Positions 1 to 12,997 of a DNA stretch of 64,000 nt are shown one piece after another. Each line of letters begins with the position of its first letter. Positions within the stretch are counted from its first letter, which is position 1. The notes under the pieces were generated by a model. The model saw only the letters and a list, made by a program, of their open reading frames with translations, did not search any database and was not told the DNA's origin. Source of the stretch: Eledone cirrhosa (taxonomy: Eukaryota); contig OZ024753.1 of assembly GCA_964016885.1 (NCBI GenBank), positions 32,240,001 to 32,304,000 of the forward strand, in the 5' to 3' direction. The position numbers were made by a program, and so were the translations under genes.

Positions 1-409
1 AAATATTTAAACATCTCAGATGCAATCTACAACAGGATAGTAGTAAGGATTTTCAGTACGACAAAAGAAAATAATAATAATAAATAAATAAGTAAAAGTA
101 TCTAAAATGTTTGCTATGTATCATAAGGTTTATCACATTTATCATTTAGAGATTGGTCTTGAATGTCTTATTTCAATTTTCTAGACATTCCAAAGCTGAC
201 AGTTTTCCCATCACTAGCGAGCTAGTAAGCTGCATATATCATCTCTCTTCTTACACACAAACACACACATACGTACACTCACACAACACTATTACCTATG
301 TATATGCATACAATGCTATTACCTACGTATACACACACACAGACATATATGTGTGTGTGTATTAGGTACACACCGAAGCTGAAGCTACAATAGGGCAGAT
401 GCCAATCGA

Positions 410-442
<33 letters not shown>

Positions 443-462
443 CACGTATGTATATATGTATG

Positions 463-493
<31 letters not shown>

Positions 494-1312
494 ATACAGC
501 TATGTTTTATTTCTCATTTCCTATCGAAATGGTAAAAGTTTAACCCGTAGAGTAGAAAATCCTTATAATATTCACATTCTACATATATGCCTATGTGGGA
601 ACAGGCATGCGTTAGTGTGTGTGAGCTTCCTTACCTGTTTCTCTATGTATGTGTTATAATACACATACATATATAAAGAAGAAAATATCAACGTTTATTT
701 TATCAACTAATCTTTTTCCTGGCTCTCTTCCAATGTAATATAGTCTTTATTTTCTACATTTCTCAAGTAGGCGCGGAGTCGCGAAAGAGTAAAATCTATA
801 GCTGAAACTAAAGCATATTTATCGTTATATTTATCACTACAACCATCTCCTCCATCCGTTAATCCATCATACATCTCTAAAATGTTTTTCCGTTTTTCAG
901 AGATTGATGATAGAAACCCTAAAATTGTCTACCACTAAAGAAGAGATAATTCTATAAAGAAGATAAAATACAAATCTTCGTATAAAATTTTTTATGATTT
1001 TACGTTCTGCTGCATAGTTCTTTAGATTAGGTTTAACATTTTAATAGTAATTGTTAATACTTTAATACATTAATAGTTACTGAGTTTACTGGATTTGTTT
1101 TATTGTCTAAAGATCTAACCTTCTTAAAAAAATCTTTGTAAGTGATTCAATGTATACACACTTGAACACAAAAAATCTACGTGTTTGAGTGTATGTGCGT
1201 AAGCGTATGTGTGTGTACACATATGAGTATTAATCTATAGATAGATATATAACATAGCTATTATGTATGTATATTCAGATATATAATAAGGCCATTATGT
1301 ATGTATATATAT

Positions 1313-1430
1313 ACGATCTGAGTTCAAATCCGCCGAGGTTGACTTTGCCTTTCATCCTTACGGGGTCGATAAAATAAAGTACCAGTAATGCACTGGATAA
1401 TTGCTGGCCTTGTGCCTAAAGTAGAAACAA
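1313..1430 (+). mobile_element. 5'-truncated tRNA-derived SINE (Meta-domain-like)
   Basis: B-box GAGTTCAAATCC then GTTGACTTTGCCTTTCATCCTTACGGGGTCGATAAAATAAAGTACC; nearly identical to the copy at 39344-39530; ATTATGTATGTATATAT on both flanks. Confidence 0.85.
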
Positions 1431-1734
1431 TTATGTATGTATATATAGATATATAACATAGCTATTATGTTTGAATGTTTGTATATATGTATTATGTATA
1501 TATGTATGTGTGTGTATGTAGGTATATATGTATGTAGAAATATGTATGTATTTATATAACAGTTAATAATCTGTTATTTATTCCTTGAAATGTTTTGTAA
1601 TATTACATTTCTTAAAACTATAGCAACTACAAATGAAGAACCGATTACGGAGAAGTGTAACTGTATGAAATTCTATTGGTTATCACAACAAAAGAATGGT
1701 AAATACTAGTTGATTGGAATATTAACTCTTAAAA

Positions 1735-1852
1735 GGCGGTGAATTAACACACTCATTAGAATGTTGGATATGATAGAATGCTTTACGTTATTCGCTACGG
1801 CTCTCTGCACTGTAGGTTCAAATCCCGCCGAGGTCAATTTTGTCTTTCACCG
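1735..1852 (+). mobile_element. degenerate SINE copy, same superfamily
   Basis: GGCGGTGAATT...GGTTCAAATCCCGCCGAGGTCAATTTTGTCTTTCA; a related piece lies at ~3062-3120. Confidence 0.65.
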
Positions 1853-3570
1853 TTATAAAAATGTCCAGCATTGGACGTAAAATCCTGGAACAAATGCTGC
1901 AAAGAATTTTCTCGATGTTTTTTTTTTTATCGATTCCAGTACTTATTAGTTATATTTTATTGGCCTCGGAAGGATGAGAGGCAGATCGCTAGTATTTAAA
2001 CTGAGCGTAAAGAGATAAAACAAATGCCGCGAAGCGATTTTTTTTCGACATTTTAATGATTCTGACTCTCCCTCACCCTTGCTGTGTTTGTAATGAGCAA
2101 GCGCGTAATATTCTCGACATTTACCCACGTTTTGTTACACGCACAGTGTGTGCTTTATGATATTATATAATAACTGTCAGTTTCGCTCTAATCTCTGTCT
2201 TGCTTGTTATTCAATATTATTGGCAGTTTTGTGTTACATGTAGAGTTGTGTACAGCAAAGCACTTGATTTGTCATAAATTAGAACACTAATATACTTCGC
2301 CTTATAATCTGAAACTTGGAGGCTGTCTAGTCAATATCGATTGCCAATATAAACTTTCTTTATTCAATAAAATCTGAAGTGTGCTTCTACAATTTTCAGC
2401 CAATTTTTTTGTTTTTGTTTTCACAAATCAGATAAAATGCATTATTAACGAAACCAGATTTATGAATGCTATCTCTAATTTTCTGAACTTTGTATCTACA
2501 TATATAATAGAATAAATTAGACTATATGTAATTCAGTATAAATATTGAAATATAAATGGTCGATAATGACGAGTTGAAGTTTATGACTTACATGTGGCGT
2601 CAACATGGTACAATTTATTAATGTTACCTATTTCCGGAACATTCTAAATTCATTTAGATATTAAACTTATAATTGAGATAATATATTTTATGTTATTGTC
2701 CCTAGAGAAATATCTACAGAATGGTCAGCGTTATTAACAAGTAGTTTATATCTTGATGTATTTAACAAAGTTTCTCCGAATCAATTGCACATTATTACAT
2801 ATAAACCAGTGTACTATCGACGTGAATGATTTTGTATTGATCGAGGACTTTTAAGATCATTGATCTAACACCCCTAAAGTGTATGTATCTATATATACAA
2901 AGTGTTAAAATGATCAAATTTTAGTTTAGAACACGTATTTGCGGACAATTGTTTCTTCCAGAGGAAAGTCTGGGTTCATCGGAGCATAGGGAATGTCGAA
3001 ACATGTGACTAAAATCCTAGTCATTCAGAACATTTAGGGTACATAATTGTTGTTAGTGTTTACGGTATTCGCTACGGCTCTCTGCACTCTAGGTTCAAAT
3101 GCCGCCGAGGTCAATTTTGTCACGTGGAGAGTCAGCAGTTATACACAGACACACACATATATACATACACTGAGTACTGTAAACCACAGGAATGGGAAAC
3201 AAAATCACCCGCTGGTGAAGAGAAACCAGCAGAAGAACACCTAAGATTCACGATCTAGGTGGGAAGGACTCACTAAGATTGTTGGGAGGAATCAAGAGAC
3301 GAAACACTTGCTTAATGGGAGTTTTTCCTCTGAAGATCTCCCTGTGGTCTGTGGGGCCTGTCGCAAAATGTTTACGCATGTTTTAGTCCTCGACATAATC
3401 CCAGAGTGTGATGTAATCAAGCAATTTTATGTTGGAAGGAATTTTGAATAATAATGAAGAATGAGGCAGATTGCTGGACTATTACATGGTTTTATTAATT
3501 ACGTCGAGTAATTAATTAAATGATTTTAGATTCCAGCATACTGCCTTATAATTCATTATCATATATGGGC

Positions 3571-3602
<32 letters not shown>

Positions 3603-3608
<6 letters not shown>

Positions 3609-3625
3609 ATACTTTGGGAGGGTCA
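3603..3625 (-). mobile_element. 23-bp PLE 3'-terminal remnant in (TA)n
   Basis: Exact reverse complement of TGACCCTCCCAAAGTATAACAAT at 33544-33566, the 3' end of the second PLE. Confidence 0.7.
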
Positions 3626-3950
3626 GAAACGAAATATATATATATATATATATATGATAATAAGGGCGCTGCGGAGTTGCAAATGGGTTACATATGAAAA
3701 AAGTTTGTCCTTCATCAGTGATCTTCCAACTATCATAGGCATTTCATCGCTTTAAAGCGGTTGGTGCGAGCAACGGCTAAAAAAAGTCGTTGGGACACAC
3801 ACATATATATATATATATATATAAATCAGGATGGATTCAGTTTGAAACTGTAGAGTATGGTAACATTATAAAGAGTCAGAACCCGACGGTTGAGCTCTTG
3901 CCGTTTCAACAGCTAGTTCCAGATATGTGTTTACATATGCATACATATAC

Positions 3951-3983
<33 letters not shown>

Positions 3984-4917
3984 TATATATATTCATATAT
4001 ATATATATATATATTCATATATATATATATTTATATTAACACACGTACACACGCATACATTTATACATTTTATGCAATTGAATCGTTTTTCATATTTTAT
4101 ATTTATGAGATTTCATGTCTACGATTTTGGTGTCTTGGAAGACTTCCTTATTATGTTCGTTGTTTCTGGCAGGCTAAATAAATAGAAACGCAATCAGAAT
4201 CAGGAAATGGTTTTAGAATTTCCAGGCAAATAGAATTACAACGGATTTCAAATAACGATTTATTAATTAATAACAACAAATGAATGCTGTGTAAAATCTA
4301 TAAAGTCCAATAACCCCCTCCTCCCCCTTCTTCTTCCTCTTCCTTGGACGTTGATCCACTTGGTCACTGAAAATTTCTTCGATTCTGAATTAACATTTAA
4401 TATCATGATTTCTATAACTTTATATAATCCTTTCGCTAATTAAAACTAATATCGGCAACAATACTTCATTTGTAACAATAACATATTTTTTTTTTTCGTC
4501 GTGTCATTGTAACGATATTAATTATATTCTTTGCTATGATTATTATACGTATTTCTATTTATTTGAGTAATTGGAAATCAAAAACGCCTGAGGTCGCGAT
4601 ATAATGATTAGCAATTCTGCTGTGTAAAATTCAATAAACAATGTCACTTGCAGCAGCAGTCTCAATATATATATATATATATATATATGCGTATATATGC
4701 AAACACACACACATATATACGCATATATATGTATATAGGCACATACATATATTAAGTGGAAGCATATACACAAAGGCATATGTAACAGAAAATGCAAGTT
4801 TAAGTGAGTACGCGATATATATTAATCAGTATTGATACGTAAACACAGTACAATGATGACCTCGAAATATATATATATATGCGGTTTATAGTTCAACTGC
4901 GAAATATCCGTTTCCCT

Positions 4918-4958
<41 letters not shown>

Positions 4959-4961
<3 letters not shown>

Positions 4962-5426
4962 AAAGTTCTATTTAAAATTGTTGGGATACAACAAGTAAAT
5001 ATTTTTATAATTGATATAAAGCACTCGACAAGTATTTGGAGTAGATATACGATATTAATAAATGGAAACTATATTTATAAAACCATATTTATTTCATTAT
5101 ACATATTTCAGGGATACCAAATTAAATTATGGTATGCCTTCATCAGACAAAATACAATATATAACAGTTTTACAAATAAGCTTTGACGTACTCTTTTAAA
5201 ATGCAACCATTATTTTTGGAAGCCATCTGGATAGACCAGACGGCTTCCAGATGGCTTCCAAAAATAATGGTTGCATTTTAAAAGGGTACGTCAAAGCTTA
5301 TTTGTAAAACTGTTATATATTGTATTTTGTCTGATGAAGGCATACCATAATTTAATGTGGTATCCCTGAAATGTGTATAATGAAATAAATATGGTTTTAT
5401 AAATATAGTTTCCATTTATTAATATC

Positions 5427-5430
<4 letters not shown>
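4959..5430. mobile_element. foldback non-autonomous HHR-bearing element (PLE pLTR-like), copy 1
   Basis: Inverted arms ~5048-5231 / ~5247-5430, flanked by (TA)n; HHR on - in the left arm and on + in the right arm. Confidence 0.8.
5323..5387 (+). ncRNA. type I hammerhead ribozyme (mirror copy on - at 5090-5154)
   Basis: TATTTTGT-CTGATGA-AGGcATACCATA..TGTGGTATcCCT-GAAA-TGTGTA-TA^-ATGAAATA; stem I 8 bp with two G.U pairs. Confidence 0.75.
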
Positions 5431-5464
<34 letters not shown>

Positions 5465-5887
5465 ATATAATATAGAAAGGGTTCTACAGGACTAGAAGCG
5501 AGATAAATGAAACAATGAGAGACAAGATGTAGAAATATTTATACTCGGTTTTGTATTGAGTATCTTACTAACTGTGGTTACCCCCGATTGAACCCGGGAT
5601 AAACCTCCCTCTCTCTCTATATATATATTTATTTAATACTCTGTGTACTGGACCTTTGGCGGTTCCAACGACCAATAGGATATCCAGCCTATGAGAGTAA
5701 CGTGCAGATGGCTGACCATCGAGTAGACAGGTGTATCTGTTACCTTTCTCAGTGTACAACTCATGGAACAACCTGAAATAACGGTTTCTTGTTCAAGAAC
5801 GCAAACCATCGCCTGGAATCCACCATACGACATTCAAACGAACGCTACATCCACTGTGACACGAACATTCATATATATATGTGTGTT

Positions 5888-5940
<53 letters not shown>

Positions 5941-6097
5941 TTTTTTACGTTGTATGGTTTAACTAATAGGTACCGAGGTTTGTAATCCAGTCACTCCGAT
6001 CAGCAAACCATGATGTAATATGCAAAAGCAACAAATATGAGCTGTAGGAATCATGACTCTCTCTCTCCCTCTCTCTCTATATATATATATATAACTA

Positions 6098-6530
6098 TAT
6101 ACGATATTAAATAAATGGAAACTATATTTATAAAACCTTATTTATTTCATTATATATATTTCAGGGATATCATATTAAAAATATGGTATGCCTTCATCAG
6201 ACAAAATACAATATAAACAGTCTTATAAATAGATAGATTTGACATACCTTACACTTCAACTTCCATTTAAAAAGTTGATTTTTAAATGGAAGTTGAAGTG
6301 TAAGGTATGTCAAATCTATCTATTTATAAGACTGTTTATATTGTATTTTGTCTGATGAAGGCATACCATATTTTTAATATGATATCCCTGAAATATATAT
6401 AATGAAATAAATATGGTTTTATAATTATAGTTTCCATTTATTTAATATCGTAAATATACTCCAAATACTTGTTGTTATAGTTATAAATATTTACTCGTTG
6501 TAACCCAACAATTTAAATAAAACTTTGCAT
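6098..6530. mobile_element. foldback non-autonomous HHR-bearing element, copy 2
   Basis: Inverted arms 6098-~6272 / ~6279-6452; same family as 4959-5430 but with a different centre; 6452-6530 is the reverse complement of 4959-5047. Confidence 0.8.
6344..6409 (+). ncRNA. type I hammerhead ribozyme (mirror copy on - at 6143-6208)
   Basis: TATTTTGT-CTGATGA-stem II-GAAA-TATATA-TA^-ATGAAATA; palindromic stem III. Confidence 0.75.
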
Positions 6531-6533
6531 ATA

Positions 6534-6588
<55 letters not shown>

Positions 6589-6634
6589 GAAAGGTATAGA
6601 AAGTATTGTAACAAGAAGCCAACAGTATTCCATA

Positions 6635-6678
<44 letters not shown>

Positions 6679-6708
6679 ATATATATATATATATGTATGT
6701 ATATATAC

Positions 6709-6759
<51 letters not shown>

Positions 6760-6810
6760 TGTATATATATATACATCATTAGTGATAAAATTTGCTCCGG
6801 ATATAACAGA

Positions 6811-6901
6811 CGTGTCTGAAAGAACCCGCGGAAGTAGAATCAGCCAGATGCATACAAGGACCATGTCCAGAGCTACATGCCGGCGAAACATTTGTAACAC
6901 G
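6811..6901 (+). ncRNA. candidate variant hammerhead ribozyme
   Basis: CGTGT-CTGAAAGA-61 nt-GAAA-CATTT-GTA^-ACACG; perfect 5-bp stem I, 1-nt core insertion; lies in a ~165-bp island between TA tracts. Confidence 0.45.
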
Positions 6902-6940
6902 AAATAAACTAAGTCCAGATGCATCACTGATTTTTGTATG

Positions 6941-6973
<33 letters not shown>

Positions 6974-6974
6974 G

Positions 6975-7009
<35 letters not shown>

Positions 7010-7112
7010 ATATATATATATATATATATTTATATATGTATATGCGTATATATATATGTATATATATGTATATATATATGTATATATATATGTATATATA
7101 TATATGTATATA

Positions 7113-7157
<45 letters not shown>

Positions 7158-7163
7158 ATATAT

Positions 7164-7767
7164 GCCGTTACAGCTGATGGGATGACAGAGTTCTTTGAGA
7201 TACTGGCTGGAGTGCTCCAGGGAGATACATTGGCTCCCTACCTTTATATCATCGTAGTGGACTATTGTATGCGCCTTGCACTGGAGAAACACCACGACTC
7301 TGGCTTTTCTGTAGCACCGGCTCAGAGCAGGAGAGTTAGGGCGAAAAAGATATCAGATGCTGAATTTGCCGACGATATTTTGTTGGTGACAAATACAGTG
7401 AAGGAGGCAGGGGATTTGATGCAGGAGGTTGAGACTGTGTCGATGAGTGTGGGGCTGAGAATGAATGAGACTAAAACAAAATATCTGGTAGGGGGGAAGC
7501 CGCTAGAATTGGTTGAGGACTTTCTGTATTTGGGAGCAAAGATTGGGAATACGGAAGATGATGTGGTTGAGAGGGACAGAAAAGACTGGGCGGCATGCCA
7601 CAGCTTGAGATCGGTGTGGAAGTCGGACCTTCGTAAAGACCTGAAAATCCGCCTCTCCATTGTGGTAGTGGAGTCGGTGCTGCTGTATGTCTCTGAACAT
7701 TAATCAGTATACAACGGGGATAGAAAACTCGGAGTTGTATGGGAGCCTCCCAAAAGTCAGCTCAAAA

Positions 7768-7769
<2 letters not shown>
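7164..7769 (+). mobile_element. RTE-clade LINE reverse-transcriptase fragment, internally deleted
   Basis: [33 protein letters not shown] and FLYLG motifs; bounded by (TA)n. Confidence 0.9.
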
Positions 7770-7836
<67 letters not shown>

Positions 7837-8100
7837 TATATATATATATATATATGCGTGTATATATATATATATGCGTGTATATATATATATGTATATG
7901 CGTGTATATATATATATGCTTGTATATATATATGTATATGCGTGTATATATATATATGTATATGCGTGTATATATATATATGCTTGTATATATATATATG
8001 TATATGCTTGTATATATATGTATATGCGTGTATATATATATATATATATGTATATGCGTGTATATATATATATGTATATATATATATATGTATATGCGTG

Positions 8101-8131
<31 letters not shown>

Positions 8132-8142
8132 GTATATGCGTG

Positions 8143-8183
<41 letters not shown>

Positions 8184-8188
8184 GCTTG

Positions 8189-8219
<31 letters not shown>

Positions 8220-8301
8220 GCTTGTTTATATATATATGTATATATATATATATATGCTTGTTTATATATATATATATATGCGTGTATATATATATATATG
8301 C

Positions 8302-8358
<57 letters not shown>

Positions 8359-8374
8359 TATATATATATATATA

Positions 8375-8414
<40 letters not shown>

Positions 8415-8824
8415 TATATATATATGCGTGTATATATATATATATATATATATACCGGTATATATATATATATATATATATATGCGTGTATATATATATA
8501 TGCGTGTATATATATATATATATATGCGTGTATATATATATATATATATATATGCCGGTATATATATATATATATATGCCGGTATATATATATATATATA
8601 TATATATGCCGGTATATATATATATATATATATGCCGGTATATATATATATATATATGCTGGTATATATATATATATATATGCCGGTATATATATATATA
8701 TATAAGCCGGTATATATATATATATATATGCCGGTATATATATATATATATATGCCGGTATATATATATATAGATGACGGTATATATATATATATATGCC
8801 GGTATATATATATATATATGCCGG

Positions 8825-8905
<81 letters not shown>

Positions 8906-8951
8906 GTATATATACATATATATATATATTGTTTTATTCATTATTTGTTTA

Positions 8952-8992
<41 letters not shown>

Positions 8993-8998
8993 ATATAT
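7770..8998. repeat. (TA)n-derived tract with TGCGTG, TGCTTG and TGCCGG interruptions
   Basis: Seen directly. Confidence 0.95.
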
Positions 8999-9568
8999 GC
9001 CGTTACACCTGATGGGATGACAGAGTTCTTTGAGATACTGGCTGGAGTGCTCCAGGGAGATACATTGGCTCCCTACCTTTATATCATCGTAGTGGACTAT
9101 TGTATGCGCCTTGCACTGGAGAAACACCACGACTCTGGCTTTTCTGTAGAACCGGCTCAGAGAAGGAGAGTTAAGGCGAAAAAGATATCAGATGCTGAAT
9201 TTGCCGACGATATTTTGCTGGTGACAAATACAGCGAAGGAGGCAGGGGATTTGATGCAGGAGGTTGAGACTGTGTCGATGAGTGTGGGGCTGAGAATGAA
9301 TGAGACTAAAACAAAATATCTGGTAGGGGGGAAGCCGCTAGAAATGGGAATACGGAAGATGATGTGGTTGAGAGGGACAGAAAAGACTGGGCGGCATGCC
9401 ACAGCTTGAGATCGGTGTGGAAGTCGGACCTTCGTAAAGACCTGAAAATCCGCCTCTCCATTGTGGTAGTGGAGTCGGTGCTGCTGTATGTCTCTGAACA
9501 TTAATCAGTATACAATGGGGATAGAAAACTCAGAGTTGTATGGGAGCCTCCCAAAAGTCAGCTCAAAA

Positions 9569-9571
<3 letters not shown>
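8999..9571 (+). mobile_element. duplicate RTE RT fragment
   Basis: Same ends as 7164-7769, a few substitutions, and an extra ~35-40-bp deletion removing [11 protein letters not shown]. Confidence 0.9.
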
Positions 9572-11566
<1,995 letters not shown>

Positions 11567-12330
11567 AGTTTAGCGAGGTTTTTTATATGAAATCGTGTGT
11601 CGAAACAGGTATTGTTATATTTGGGGAGGGTCATATTTGCGTAATATTGCCAGAATTAATACCAGAACACACTCACTGTTTGGTTGGTTTTCGCTTCTCG
11701 CTGTCTTTTATATCTGCGATCTAACTTACTCGGTCCTCAATGTTGCCATTGACTGACCGGCGGTCAAAAATAATAGATACAATATAGACACAAACACATA
11801 TATATAGTTTACATAATTTACATAAATCTTTCGTTGCACATCTGCAACATCGTCAGTGGTGTTATATTCATTGTTCCTCCTGTTGTGTTGTATGTCTACG
11901 CCATTTTTTATTCAGTCTGTCTATATATTTATTTATTTATTTGCTTGTTTGTTTATCTTATTTTATTTTGTCTTCTTTGCGCATGCGTTTGCGTATGTGT
12001 ATAGTGTTATGTGTGATGTGTGACTAGTGTGTATAGTGTTGTGTCTGCTGGGTGACTAGTGTGTGTTTATGTGCTTGTTGTTATTGTGCTTGTGTATGTA
12101 TTTTTTATCTTATTTTATTTTATTTTATTTAGTTATTTATACTTCTCTTAGGTCAGTGTTGTTTGTTTGGGTGTTGTTGTTGTTCCACTCATTCTTTCTG
12201 TTTAGCTTTGGTCTTCTAATTTCCATTTCACTGGCCTCTCTGATTTGCCTATCTGCTGGGTCATTCCTATGTTTAGATATTATTCTAATTTCTATGTTGT
12301 CTATGTTACCGTCATGTTGTTGTCTAGCAT
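11567..12330 (-). mobile_element. 5'-truncated PLE: GIY-YIG C-terminus plus pLTR
   Basis: [49 protein letters not shown] is homologous to 32903-33172; ATGACCCTCCCCAAATATAACAAT terminal motif; HHR core CTGACGA-t-GTTGCAgatgTGCAAC-GAAA at ~11819-11862 (weak stem I). Confidence 0.85.
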
Positions 12331-12392
12331 ATACATATATATATATATATATATATACATATATATATAATATATATATATATAAGTATATG

Positions 12393-12709
<317 letters not shown>

Positions 12710-12710
12710 G

Positions 12711-12805
<95 letters not shown>

Positions 12806-12812
12806 GTATATG

Positions 12813-12992
<180 letters not shown>

Positions 12993-12997
12993 TATAT

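Noticed and set aside
3656-3795. Minus-strand GAAATGCCTA-TGAT..ATCA-CTGATGA (permuted HHR?)
   Set aside because: No stem II pairing and only a 1-bp stem III
5641-5870. Higher-GC island, possible PLE N-terminal piece
   Set aside because: No convincing motif in any frame
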